Origin: Leptospira biflexa
GTDB taxonomy: Bacteria > Spirochaetota > UBA4802 > UB4802
Direction: 5' to 3'
Assembly (NCBI GenBank): GCA_020721905.1
Contig: DYLU01000005.1
Coordinates: 14,860 to 78,859 of the forward strand
DNA: 64,000 bases
The notes beneath the pieces were generated by a model. The model did not search any database. It saw only the letters and a list, made by a program, of their open reading frames with translations, and was not told the origin of the DNA. Below, piece by piece: positions 20,592 through 29,616 of this stretch. How positions within the stretch are numbered: position 1 is the stretch's first letter; every line of letters begins with the position of its first letter. Made by a program: the position numbers and the translations under genes.

Positions 20592-20630
20592 AAAATAGAA
20601 AAGAGATTGACTTTACCCATGCCAATCTCC
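20592..20630 (-). terminator. rho-independent terminator after the hfq-downstream genes
   Basis: On the minus strand, GAGATTG-(11 nt loop)-CAATCTC is followed directly by TTTTCTATTTT, 13 nt after the micro-ORF stop. Confidence 0.55.
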
Positions 20631-20642
20631 CTCCTATTACCA

Positions 20643-20738
20643 TTATCGTAATTTCTTCTTGTGACGATTAAGTCTTCTTCGTTTTTTCCGCTTGTGATTA
20701 GCAATCTTGCTGCGTTTTCGCTTCCTACCACAGGGCAT
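20643..20738 (-). CDS. 31-aa extremely basic micro-protein (MPCGRKRKRSKIANHKRKKRRRLNRHKKKLR), not in the supplied ORF track
   Basis: ATG at 20738 is preceded by GGAGAG about 10 nt upstream, with TAA at 20645-20643 and a hairpin plus T-tract immediately downstream. From memory it resembles short Lys/Arg-rich bacterial peptides that some pipelines label AURKAIP1/COX24-domain (mS38-like). This is unverified. Confidence 0.6.
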   Translation of the reverse strand: MPCGRKRKRSKIANHKRKKRRRLNRHKKKLR

Positions 20739-20834
20739 AGTATTTAACTCTCCTTATATAAAAAATATATCATTATACTACATTATGAAGTATATCTAAT
20801 TACCAATATACTGTGGAACTAATTATATAATCCA

Positions 20835-21719
20835 CTATTTTTTAAAGTTATCAAAATCTTTGTTTAAAGATTCTGACTGACTGTCATTGCCCATATCAAA
20901 TGGGATATTTTTATCCGAAGTTACTATCACCCTCACATTATTGGCTAATTTGTCAATATAAATATACTTCAATATATCTTTATTTTTAGCTATAATTCCG
21001 GATATTTTTTCCAGATGTTCCAGATACCGTGCATGTTTCAGCTCATCTTCCTTAAGTTGCTGTTGCAGTGCGTTAAGCTGTATAGTACTTAATTTTTCCT
21101 GAGTAAGCAATTCAAGCAAAAATTTTCTGCCCTCTGTATAAACAGTATAATCAGGGATATAAATAATACCTAAAGTAACCTCTTTAATAATAATCCCGTC
21201 ATGGGCAAAAGATTCTTTTACATGATCTATCGCCATAAATACTTCTTTCTTAATATTTGCCTGTAAGGCATTATACTGGTAATACGGATATAGATATCGT
21301 GAAATAGCATCTTTAATGCTGCCTGACAACCGTATCCCATATTGCTGTGACAGATATGATGTGTCCAAATACAATTTGTTTAGATCCAGTGTTAATTGCT
21401 CAGAATTGAGAGTATAATTAATAACAACTGGAATTTTAATAGAATAATGATCACTTTTTATTGATTCCAGCGGGGGAACAGGGATTGCAATATCCACATT
21501 GCATGAACCATTTAAAGGAATATAGTTTGCCTTAATTGCTGTAAAAATCCCCTGCGGAACTACATTGACCCTTTTGTGCAAATATCCAAGTATATGACCA
21601 TTTGAATCAGTAACAAAAGCCAATACTCCATCACCAACAAAGATAACCGTTCGTACAAAAATATAGACAAAGGCAGCTATAACAAATACTGCAATAATAA
21701 TTTTTTGTACTTTACCCAT
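20835..21719 (-). CDS. hypothetical N-terminally membrane-anchored protein, co-transcribed with hfq
   Basis: Start lies 4 nt after the hfq stop. One N-terminal TM (IIIAVFVIAAFVYIFV) and a coiled-coil-like C-terminal region. Family not recognised. Confidence 0.55.
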   Translation of the reverse strand: MGKVQKIIIAVFVIAAFVYIFVRTVIFVGDGVLAFVTDSNGHILGYLHKRVNVVPQGIFTAIKANYIPLNGSCNVDIAIPVPPLESIKSDHYSIKIPVVINYTLNSEQLTLDLNKLYLDTSYLSQQYGIRLSGSIKDAISRYLYPYYQYNALQANIKKEVFMAIDHVKESFAHDGIIIKEVTLGIIYIPDYTVYTEGRKFLLELLTQEKLSTIQLNALQQQLKEDELKHARYLEHLEKISGIIAKNKDILKYIYIDKLANNVRVIVTSDKNIPFDMGNDSQSESLNKDFDNFKK

Positions 21720-21722
21720 GAA

Positions 21723-21953
21723 TTATTCTTCATCTTTATACTGAACAGGCTTTGACGGCATAATCGTTGATATTGCATGTTTATAAATAAGATTTTGCTT
21801 TTTGTCAACCTCAACCAGGATTGTGAAGCTATCAAAGCTTATTACCTTTCCCTTGATTGGTACGCCATTCATAAGGTAGATAGTAATTTCCACCTTATCT
21901 TTGCGTGCTGCATTAAGAAAAGTGTCCTGTAAATTTTTTGTTTGTTTGCCCAT
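21723..21953 (-). CDS. hfq: RNA chaperone Hfq
   Basis: Sm1/Sm2 core: [41 protein letters not shown]...[10 protein letters not shown]. It lies directly downstream of miaA, the classic arrangement. Confidence 0.9.
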   Translation of the reverse strand: MGKQTKNLQDTFLNAARKDKVEITIYLMNGVPIKGKVISFDSFTILVEVDKKQNLIYKHAISTIMPSKPVQYKDEE

Positions 21954-22077
21954 TGTGTACCCTCTGTATGTATTTTATTGTTAATATTTATTTTATTTTA
22001 AGTATTTATTATTACTTTATACTTTCTTATCATTGCATAGTAATATTATCAATATTTTTTTCCAATTATTTTAAAAT

Positions 22078-22989
22078 CTATTTGTCATATAACCATTCAA
22101 AAATTATTTCCTTTATTTTTTCAATATTATCCGGTACCACCCGTAATGGTTTGTATCTTTTAAACCAGGTAACCTGCCTTTTGGCATAATGTTTTGTTTC
22201 CTGTTTTATTTGCTCAATTGCTTCATTAAGCGATAGTTCATTTTCAAACACCCTGTGTAACTGCAAATATCCTATTGCCTTTTGTGAATTAAACTTTTGT
22301 GTATATCCCATAGCTCGTAAATTTTTTACTTCTTCCACAAAGCCCCGTTTGATCATTTCATCAACCCTGTCATCAATACGCTTGTATAAAACATCACGGT
22401 CAACATCCAGCGCAATCATCAAAATATTAAGATCACTCTTTTTATGCCTTGATTGTAAAAATTGTGTTAAAGGTATACCGGTTGCCCTGAAAACTTCCAG
22501 ACCACGCAATATACGCTGGGTATCATTGGGATGAATGCGCTGAGCCCACTGCACATCACAGTGCAATAGTTCCTCATAAAGGGCTTTCAGGCCTTTTTGC
22601 TGTAATTCAATCTGTAACTGTTTTTTTACTATTGAATCAATTTTGGGCAGCTCAGCTAACCCATAAAAAAAAGCATGGATATATAATCCAGTACCGCCAA
22701 CAAAAAGCGGTATTTTGCCATGAGATTGTATTGTCTGTACTGCATGTTCAGCTTCTTTGCAAAAATCTCCTGCAGTAAACCAGTAATCCGGGTTAACTGC
22801 ATCTATGCAATAATGTGTTATCAAAGATCGATGGTAGGGGGAAACTTTTCCCGTACCAATATCCATATATGTATAAACCTGCGCTGAATCAACAGATATT
22901 ATCTCAAATATGTCCTGTGCTATTTCAAGCGATAGATTTGTTTTTCCTGAAGCTGTTGGACCAACAAGAACAACAGCTTTATTATTCAA
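22078..22989 (-). CDS. miaA: tRNA dimethylallyltransferase
   Basis: P-loop VLVGPTASGKT, SVDSAQVY, DIGTGK, and GGTGLY-type motif (FVGGTGLYIHAF). Confidence 0.95.
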   Translation of the reverse strand: MNNKAVVLVGPTASGKTNLSLEIAQDIFEIISVDSAQVYTYMDIGTGKVSPYHRSLITHYCIDAVNPDYWFTAGDFCKEAEHAVQTIQSHGKIPLFVGGTGLYIHAFFYGLAELPKIDSIVKKQLQIELQQKGLKALYEELLHCDVQWAQRIHPNDTQRILRGLEVFRATGIPLTQFLQSRHKKSDLNILMIALDVDRDVLYKRIDDRVDEMIKRGFVEEVKNLRAMGYTQKFNSQKAIGYLQLHRVFENELSLNEAIEQIKQETKHYAKRQVTWFKRYKPLRVVPDNIEKIKEIIFEWLYDK

Positions 22990-23018
22990 ATCGTTTATCC
23001 CAAAACATTAAAACCTGC

Positions 23019-23059
23019 ATGCAGTATCATATCTACAAATTCAGCAAGATGCAGTATCA
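23019..23059. repeat. direct repeat of an 11-mer (ATGCAGTATCA at 23019-23029 and 23049-23059) in the rpoZ-miaA spacer
   Basis: Exact 11-nt copies, 30 bp apart start to start, inside an 83-bp intergenic spacer. The first copy overlaps the palindrome CTGCATGCAG. Confidence 0.3.
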
Positions 23060-23072
23060 CAATTGGCAAACA

Positions 23073-23282
23073 CTATTGCCGTTCATTAGCTTCTTCTTTA
23101 AATTCATAGTTGATTGTATTATTAAGCATTAAATTTAATATGTTTGGAATAACCTTCCAGTTCTTATCACTTTCCGGATAGCCTTCAATATTGCCCAACT
23201 TATCAACCACTTTCATTGCTGCACACGAAAAGATATACCGGTTGCTATTAAATGCAATCAATTTATCTAATGGTATAATCAT
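23073..23282 (-). CDS. rpoZ: DNA-directed RNA polymerase omega subunit (divergent)
   Basis: It lies immediately after gmk (conserved gmk-rpoZ pairing) and has an NRY...AA.K motif (NSNRYIFSCAAMKVVDKL). GGAGGA sits 5 nt before the ATG at 23282, and the ORF is open to 23288. Confidence 0.6.
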   Translation of the reverse strand: MIIPLDKLIAFNSNRYIFSCAAMKVVDKLGNIEGYPESDKNWKVIPNILNLMLNNTINYEFKEEANERQ

Positions 23283-23880
23283 GTACATCCTCCATTAATC
23301 TTTTAACTGTAGCATCCATATATTCACGTTTAAGTAAAATTGTCTTTAAAATAGCGCTGAGTTCATCCAGGGCTTTTTGCAAATCATCATTAACAACTAT
23401 ATAGTCATAATTTACATATTCCCTCAGTTCACCAAATGCATTATTTAATCTCACCGTAATTTGATGATCTGTCTCTGTTGAACGGTGCCTCAACCTTCTT
23501 TCCAGTTCTTTTATAGATGGTGGAATAATAAATACTGATATAACATTTTGCAATTTGTTACGTAAGCTCCTGGCACCCTGAACATCCACATCAAAAATAG
23601 GTATTCTTGAATTTGCTTTAATTCTGTCAACCTCTTTTTTAGATGTCCCATAATAATTATCATGAACCTTAGCCCATTCCAGAAATTCACCCCTGTCCAC
23701 CATCTGCATGAACTCACTATAACTTACATAATAATAATTTTTCCCTTCAGCCTCACCTGCCCGCTTAATGCGGGTAGTGGTAGAAATTGCAAATTCAAAA
23801 ACAGGATTCTGAATCAAAAGCTTTTCAATCAACGTTGTTTTTCCTGCACCTGATGGCGCTGAGATAATTACTGAAAACAT
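23263..23880 (-). CDS. gmk: guanylate kinase
   Basis: P-loop SAPSGAGKTTL, TTRIKRAGEAEGKNYYYVS, and a YGTSK-type motif. Confidence 0.95.
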   Translation of the reverse strand: MFSVIISAPSGAGKTTLIEKLLIQNPVFEFAISTTTRIKRAGEAEGKNYYYVSYSEFMQMVDRGEFLEWAKVHDNYYGTSKKEVDRIKANSRIPIFDVDVQGARSLRNKLQNVISVFIIPPSIKELERRLRHRSTETDHQITVRLNNAFGELREYVNYDYIVVNDDLQKALDELSAILKTILLKREYMDATVKRLMEDVHDYTIR

Positions 23881-23882
23881 AT

Positions 23883-24134
23883 TTATTCTTCACTTTGATT
23901 TAATCGGTTTGCTATAGTTTCCGGCTGCATTGCTGATAATATGACATGATTGCTGTCCATAATAATTATAGCACGTGTTTTTCGCCCATGGGTGGCATCT
24001 ATCAGCATACTGTTTTCTTTTGCTTCTTCGCGTAAACGCTTACCTGAAGCAGACATAGGGGTAATAACAGCTATAACGCGCTCAGCTACAACAGCATTGC
24101 CAAATCCTATGTTAATAAGAGTTGTTGATTTCAT
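23883..24134 (-). CDS. remA: RemA/DUF370-family regulator
   Basis: [19 protein letters not shown]..., ...[33 protein letters not shown]. It lies between yicC and gmk, as in the Bacillus yloC-ylzA-gmk-rpoZ arrangement. Confidence 0.85.
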   Translation of the reverse strand: MKSTTLINIGFGNAVVAERVIAVITPMSASGKRLREEAKENSMLIDATHGRKTRAIIIMDSNHVILSAMQPETIANRLNQSEE

Positions 24135-24155
24135 ATACTAATCCTTATCCTCATA

Positions 24156-25022
24156 TCAAACAATATTCCGGCATTGTTCTCGTATTTTATCAATATGATT
24201 TTTTACTTCAACAACTTTGTGCGCTATGAGCGTATTGTTAGATTTTGAGCCTATTGTATTTATTTCCCTGAACATTTCCTGAGCTAGAAAATCCAGCTGT
24301 CGTCCCATTTGTCCTTCCTGCGCCATTATTTCTTTAAATTTACTGATATGGTCATTGAGTCGCGACAGTTCTTCATTTATATCCTGTTTATCTGCTAAAA
24401 TTGCAATCTCGGTATAAATCCTGTTTTCGTCCACCTTGCTGTGCAACAAGGACTCTATGGATTTTTTTAATCGTTTAAACTGATATTCAACAATTGTATG
24501 CGCCTGCTTTTGAATGTCATGACATGCATTTTCTATGACTCTGAGTGATAATTCCAGATCCTTTTTTATTGATTTGCCTTCTTTTTTACGCATCTTTATA
24601 GCAGACTCAATTGATCTTTGTAAGGTATTATAAATATCAGTTTTTGACTTTTTTGAAAGGATAGTTCTTTCTTTATGTACCACTCCATCAAGCTGCAATA
24701 ACGCATCAACTGAAAAACTGGCAGGAATTTTTAACCTTGCAAGTGACTTCTGAACTTCCTTATAATATTTCAGCAAAATATTACTGTCAATATGTACAGG
24801 GCGTGATTCAACCCAATCATATATATCTATAGTACATTCTACTTTTCCACGCTCAAAACTTTTTTTTAAAACATTCGTAATGGTATCATCTTCTGATTTA
24901 AGTATTTTGGGAATATTTGTATAAACTTCCAGATACTTGGAATTTAATGTTTTTATTTCAATTGAAAATGTAAACTGTTCAGTGCTTTTTTCTATAAATG
25001 AATACCCTGTCATACTTTCCAT
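24156..25022 (-). CDS. yicC: YicC/YloC-family stress-induced protein
   Basis: SMTGYSF N-terminus, the C-terminal DUF1732-like motif QLDFLAQEMFREINTIGSKS, and ~290 aa length. Confidence 0.85.
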   Translation of the reverse strand: MESMTGYSFIEKSTEQFTFSIEIKTLNSKYLEVYTNIPKILKSEDDTITNVLKKSFERGKVECTIDIYDWVESRPVHIDSNILLKYYKEVQKSLARLKIPASFSVDALLQLDGVVHKERTILSKKSKTDIYNTLQRSIESAIKMRKKEGKSIKKDLELSLRVIENACHDIQKQAHTIVEYQFKRLKKSIESLLHSKVDENRIYTEIAILADKQDINEELSRLNDHISKFKEIMAQEGQMGRQLDFLAQEMFREINTIGSKSNNTLIAHKVVEVKNHIDKIREQCRNIV

Positions 25023-25034
25023 TCATTCCACCTG

Positions 25035-25514
25035 CTATATTTCTTTTTCTTCACGTCCAAGAGACTTAATTTTTAACTTCCCGGTGTCAAGGAAGAAATC
25101 AACTGTTCTGCCATAATCTCCAAAAACATCCTGACTAATAATAGTTATACGATAGTTATCCAGTATGTCTCTAACTTTCTGGACATTATTAATGCCTATT
25201 GAACCTATGAATGAATTCTCAGGCATCTTGAACATTGAAGCACCACCGGCAATTTTGGCAATCAGATGTTCAATATTTGCACCCTTATTTTGCAATTCTT
25301 CAATCATAAGAGCTATCGCACTGTCAGCATATTTTTTTGGATTTGTAGATTTATCATTGTTTTCCGGCAACATTATGTGAGCCAGACCGCCTATTTTGCT
25401 TTCAGGATCATACAGGCAAATTCCAACACAGGACCCCAATATTGTACGTAATATATCAGGAGATTGCGAAACTTTATAATCTGCTATGGGAACAGTAATA
25501 AGTTTAAATTCCAT
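25035..25514 (-). CDS. cheD: chemoreceptor glutamine deamidase CheD
   Basis: ILGSCVGICLYD and GGLAHIMLP motifs. AAGGAG lies 7 nt before the ATG at 25514 (MEFKLITV...). The longer ORF to 25607 would run deep into cheR and looks spurious. Confidence 0.85.
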   Translation of the reverse strand: MEFKLITVPIADYKVSQSPDILRTILGSCVGICLYDPESKIGGLAHIMLPENNDKSTNPKKYADSAIALMIEELQNKGANIEHLIAKIAGGASMFKMPENSFIGSIGINNVQKVRDILDNYRITIISQDVFGDYGRTVDFFLDTGKLKIKSLGREEKEI

Positions 25515-26364
25515 TAACTTTCTCCTTGGGAACATATACAGGCGAATCCATAATCTTGACATACTGGAAATCATCAGACAGGGCATGCAGAGTTTCAGAA
25601 TGGCCAATGAACAGGTACCCCCATGGATTCAGGACCTTGTAAAAATTTGCTATAAGCTCTTTTTGACGAGCGCGGTCAAAATATATCATTACATTGCGGC
25701 AAAATATGACATCAACATTTTCAGGATAAGGATTTTTAAATAGATTGAGATATGAAAAAGAAACCAGTTTTTTTAACTCATCCTTTACTTCATACACTTC
25801 AGGATTATCAGGCATTTGTGTAAAGTATTTTTTTAAAATTTCAGGTGGCACCTTTTCAATCCGTCTTCCTGTGTACCTGCCAATTTTTGCAAAATCAAGC
25901 ACAGATGGAGCAATGTCCGTTGCAATGATGGAAATATTCCATCCTGAAAGAATTTGCCGTGCTTCCATAACACAGATAGCTATAGTGTAAGGCTCTTCGC
26001 CAGTGGAACACCCCGCACTCCATATTTTAAGGTTTTTATCCTTTTTCTTTTTTACAATTTGGGGTATACACATATCCTTTAAGGCATCAAACTGCCGTTC
26101 ATTTCTGAAAAAGTACGTTTCATTGGTAGATACAACATCAAGCAATTCTTCAATTTCTTTGCTTTTATCCTTCAGGCTGGTTATATAATTATAATAATCG
26201 GAAAATTCCGAAAGGTTTAACGCCTTCAACCGTTTTCGTAACCGGTTTGATAAAAGTGTAATTTTTGATTCTTTTAAAAAGATACCACTTTCACTATATA
26301 TTAACTGTGCAAATTTTTTAAACTCATCCTCATTTAACCTTTTGATATTTGAAAAGTCAATCAT
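25504..26364 (-). CDS. cheR: chemotaxis protein methyltransferase CheR
   Basis: TNETYFFRN, IWSAGCSTGEEPYTIA, IFCRNVMIYFD. The probable start is the ATG at 26364 (MIDFSNIK); the ORF is open to a TTG at 26385. Confidence 0.9.
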   Translation of the reverse strand: MIDFSNIKRLNEDEFKKFAQLIYSESGIFLKESKITLLSNRLRKRLKALNLSEFSDYYNYITSLKDKSKEIEELLDVVSTNETYFFRNERQFDALKDMCIPQIVKKKKDKNLKIWSAGCSTGEEPYTIAICVMEARQILSGWNISIIATDIAPSVLDFAKIGRYTGRRIEKVPPEILKKYFTQMPDNPEVYEVKDELKKLVSFSYLNLFKNPYPENVDVIFCRNVMIYFDRARQKELIANFYKVLNPWGYLFIGHSETLHALSDDFQYVKIMDSPVYVPKEKVNGI

Positions 26365-26397
26365 AATCCACCACCATGCAAACAACCTTTTATTATG

Positions 26398-27237
26398 TTA
26401 CTTTTTCATTGAAAGATTTAATATGAGTGATATTTCCCCAATTGGTATACCGGATATTTTCGATAGTACCTGTAAAGGGTATCCCTGACTGTACAATGTA
26501 GCTATCATCAAATATTTATCATCAGCATTATTATACAAAGTTATCAGTTCGTCTTCATCAGCAGGGAAAACTGCATCCGCTATCTTTTCATCACATTTTG
26601 CTTGCAAAGTATCATATTCCTCTATAGCACTATGGGAAACATCTTCTGTATGTACAGGAATACTGTTTGCTTTTTTATTATATCTGGATTTAATATAGTG
26701 GCTGAATTTATGTAAAACTACCCTTGCTATCTCCGATAATTGTTCTGAAATTGTTGGAACCCGTGATTTGTTTTCAGAAAATGATTGATTGGTTGTTCTT
26801 TTGGGATATACCATTGCATTGTCATGGAATTCTTTGCCAGTTTTTTTTGAAATATCAATAAAAGAATCAGGTACAATTGTTTGTATATCTTCTTTGTTTT
26901 GTATTTGTTCTGCAAAAATTCTTTCTTCTTTCCTGTTTATTTTCTTCCCGCTCTTCTTTGAGCCCCTTTTTATTTGACTTTCATCATTAATGGTAATGTC
27001 AAGACCAGGCACTGCATCCGCTCTTTTTAATAATTCCCGTAAAATATTAATTTTATATTCAAGCAAAGCTAAATTACGTTCAGCAGTATGGTTAAACTCA
27101 TTTATAAGGTCTTCCATTTCTTTGCGCAACCGTTTTGATCTAAATTCAGTTGCAGAACGTTCTAATTTTAATGAAATAATCAGATAAAATATAGATGCTA
27201 TTAAAATATTCACCATTATGAGAATAACAAGTTGCAT
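26398..27237 (-). CDS. hypothetical membrane-anchored coiled-coil protein with C-terminal HTH-like segment
   Basis: N-terminal TM (LVILIMVNILIASIFYLIISL), a coiled-coil stretch, and a C-terminal segment LYSQGYPLQVLSKISGIPIGEISLILNL. It sits between the sigma-28 module and cheR. Confidence 0.5.
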   Translation of the reverse strand: MQLVILIMVNILIASIFYLIISLKLERSATEFRSKRLRKEMEDLINEFNHTAERNLALLEYKINILRELLKRADAVPGLDITINDESQIKRGSKKSGKKINRKEERIFAEQIQNKEDIQTIVPDSFIDISKKTGKEFHDNAMVYPKRTTNQSFSENKSRVPTISEQLSEIARVVLHKFSHYIKSRYNKKANSIPVHTEDVSHSAIEEYDTLQAKCDEKIADAVFPADEDELITLYNNADDKYLMIATLYSQGYPLQVLSKISGIPIGEISLILNLSMKK

Positions 27238-27255
27238 TGCGCATATTTCCTATTT

Positions 27256-27567
27256 TTATTTTTTTACATCAATAATTCTTCCCATTTTTGTATCTTCCAA
27301 TACTTCAGATTGCTCATGTTTTTCCTTTTTTTCACCCTCTTTGAATTGTTTTCCCTTTTTAAACTGCTTTTCTTCGTTTAAGATGATAGTTCTTTCAGCT
27401 TTTTTGTTTTCTTCAACCTTCTCCTTCTGAACATTGGTCTTTTCCTGTGACTCTTTGCTCAATATATGTTGCTGTTCAACAACTGCAGCATTACGCGTAT
27501 GCTCCCCCCGTGCAACCTCTATAATCTGTGCTATGTTAGTTTGCAAATCTATTGGTTTAATAGCCAT
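27256..27567 (-). CDS. hypothetical small charged protein
   Basis: ATG start 24 nt after the FapA-like stop, Lys/Glu-rich. No family recognised. Confidence 0.45.
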   Translation of the reverse strand: MAIKPIDLQTNIAQIIEVARGEHTRNAAVVEQQHILSKESQEKTNVQKEKVEENKKAERTIILNEEKQFKKGKQFKEGEKKEKHEQSEVLEDTKMGRIIDVKK

Positions 27568-27591
27568 TACATTCTCCTGGTATTGCTGTAA

Positions 27592-29580
27592 TTATCGTCT
27601 CCTCCTAATCACCAATTTTTGTGCTTCGCCCAAATCCGGCAGTTCATACTCAGATAATCTGATATCAGCTCCCTCTAAAGCAAATTTAACGTAATTGTAA
27701 GGATCTTTTACGTTAAAACGTTTATCTTTTATATATATCTCCACACCAGGAAATATGGTTTTTTCAACACACACTTTGCCTTTTTGCTCCAGCATATTAA
27801 GATATGCTTTCAATTCTTCTAATGACAGGTTAATTTCATTTAGCCGCTGTTCATATTTTTGTTTCTGACTGATAAGCTTTCCTAAAAGCTCTTCCTTATC
27901 TTTTGGCAAATGTCCTCCTGCATTATTTTTCTGTACGGTAAGTGTTGTCACATCCTTCCTGACCTTATCAAATTCTTCTGTTATAGACCTTTTGTTTTCT
28001 TCCAGTTCGGTTAGCTGTTGAAGTACTTTTGGATTCATGCCAACGCGGACTGTTGTTTTTGTAAATGAGTCAGAGCCAACATATTTGGAATTTACCTCTT
28101 CACCTGCTCTGATCAAACCGCCAACGATACGTGCTCTTCTTCCGTTGCAGATGATCCTGTTGCCTGCATCAACATTGGAATGCACAATACCTTCCGCAAC
28201 TATAACATCTTTTTCAGCAACAGCTGTTGCTGTCTGTATGAATTTAGCAATGATAGATCCACCTGTAGATTCAATTCTTGCCCCTTCTCTTCCCATAATC
28301 CCCTGGCGGATAATGATATCACCTTCTGCCTCAAGGTTAGCTTTTTGCACTGTACCTTTAATCTCAATATTGCCTGCAGCTTTTACAGTAAAATTGTCCT
28401 GTACACTACCACTTACAATAACTGAACCCAGAAAGACTACATCACCTGTTTCTGTGGAAACATCTCCTTTAACAACATATACCGGCTCAATACTGAGCTT
28501 CCCATTTTGATAGACAACCTGCCCATTTATTTCAGCAGTTAATTCAGTACCATCCTGCGACAGGATAGTACCTTTCCCATACTTGATCTGAATATCTTTA
28601 CCCGAACGAGCAGGGATAATCCTGTTGGTTACCGTTCTTCCTGGAACTCCTTCCTCGGCAGGAACTTTTACTGCTAGCACCTGCCCAACAACAACATTTT
28701 CAATCAAATCCAGATCCTTAAAGTCAACCCTACCCTTTTCATCCTCTTCTAACTGAATTCCACTCTTATCAATTCTAACTTTGTAGTCAATATAGGCATC
28801 CCGCCCATGCCGGGGTGGAGTACCTTCCGCAGCAAGGAGCGGCTGGCTATAATCCATTCTATCTAAATACTCTGCAATCCTTTCTTCTTTAATACCAGTA
28901 ACAACACCTGCACGCTTCAATGCTTCAATAACATCATCAACATCCATATGTCTTCCGCAAAACCGTGGAGGAACAAAATGTGCAAAAGCCTTCATTTCAT
29001 CGTCAGTAACCTCAACAGTCATTGTGCCATCATATTCAGGATTGGGTATCCAATCACCTATTTTAACAGGTTTGCCAGATGGTTTACGAACCTCCTTTTC
29101 AACCTTAACCATATCAGCATTCTGAATACGTAAAGCATAGATTTTATTGGAAATATCAGATAAGTCAACATGCCTTCCATTTCCCTTTGGAGGTGTTATT
29201 GTCAGCCAGATTCCTGTTTTTGTTACCCGTATTTTTGCTGAACCATCAACATTTTTGGGAACATCTTTTACTCTGAGGTCAACGTCAGGCATGGAATGAA
29301 GTTTTTGTTCTATCTCGGCAAAATCTTCTTCTTTCTCAGTAATGATTGGCCGCACCAGTACCCGGTAAGGTTGTCTTCCAATACCCAGAAAACCTGATGT
29401 GCCTTTTTCCAGAATCTGATAATCAAGTTCAGAAATATCAACACCCAGCTCACCAGCAGCTAATTCTAATGCCTGTTTCACTGAATCAGCAAACACTTCT
29501 ATTTCATTTTCGGATAATTCATCATCCTGTATGGTTTTCATTAAATCTTTTAAATTTTTCATTATATCAATAACCAGCAA
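27592..29580 (-). CDS. FapA/DUF342-family (flagellar assembly protein A-like) protein with Jag_N/KhpB-N-like N-terminal domain
   Basis: A long beta-helix-type repeat region typical of DUF342 (VVFLGSVIVSGSVQDNFTVKAAGNIEIKGTVQKANLEAEGDIIIRQGI...VHSNVDAGNRIICNGR) and a C-terminal coiled coil. The N-terminus is AVKQALELAAGELGVDISELDYQILEKGTSGFLGIGRQPYRV. Start is ambiguous: TTG at 29580 or ATG at 29562. Confidence 0.75.
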   Translation of the reverse strand: MLVIDIMKNLKDLMKTIQDDELSENEIEVFADSVKQALELAAGELGVDISELDYQILEKGTSGFLGIGRQPYRVLVRPIITEKEEDFAEIEQKLHSMPDVDLRVKDVPKNVDGSAKIRVTKTGIWLTITPPKGNGRHVDLSDISNKIYALRIQNADMVKVEKEVRKPSGKPVKIGDWIPNPEYDGTMTVEVTDDEMKAFAHFVPPRFCGRHMDVDDVIEALKRAGVVTGIKEERIAEYLDRMDYSQPLLAAEGTPPRHGRDAYIDYKVRIDKSGIQLEEDEKGRVDFKDLDLIENVVVGQVLAVKVPAEEGVPGRTVTNRIIPARSGKDIQIKYGKGTILSQDGTELTAEINGQVVYQNGKLSIEPVYVVKGDVSTETGDVVFLGSVIVSGSVQDNFTVKAAGNIEIKGTVQKANLEAEGDIIIRQGIMGREGARIESTGGSIIAKFIQTATAVAEKDVIVAEGIVHSNVDAGNRIICNGRRARIVGGLIRAGEEVNSKYVGSDSFTKTTVRVGMNPKVLQQLTELEENKRSITEEFDKVRKDVTTLTVQKNNAGGHLPKDKEELLGKLISQKQKYEQRLNEINLSLEELKAYLNMLEQKGKVCVEKTIFPGVEIYIKDKRFNVKDPYNYVKFALEGADIRLSEYELPDLGEAQKLVIRRRR

Positions 29581-29616
29581 TACATTTTAAAACCTGTAAT
29601 AAACGCCTCTTATATT

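Noticed and set aside
25515-25607. N-terminal extensions produced by the longest-ORF rule. These include CheD to 25607, CheR to 26385, FlhF to 33304, the OM protein to 46972, the repeat protein from 48234, PlsB to 61974 and rpoZ to 23288.
   Set aside because: In each case an internal ATG has a better-placed Shine-Dalgarno sequence and restores the expected N-terminus or signal peptide. The extensions would create long overlaps with upstream genes.
28037-28510. Long plus-strand ORFs lying antisense inside well-supported minus-strand genes. Examples are 28037..28510 in the FapA-like gene, 32466..32975 in flhF, 38057..38512 in fliP/fliO, 13547..13987 across the lnt junction, 16624..17016 in ligA, 42318..42725 in motA and 39303..39677 in fliY.
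   Set aside because: They overlap genes with unmistakable conserved motifs on the other strand. Their Ser/Ile/Thr/Pro-rich low-complexity translations are typical of shadow frames, and they lack ribosome-binding sites. I treat them as non-coding.
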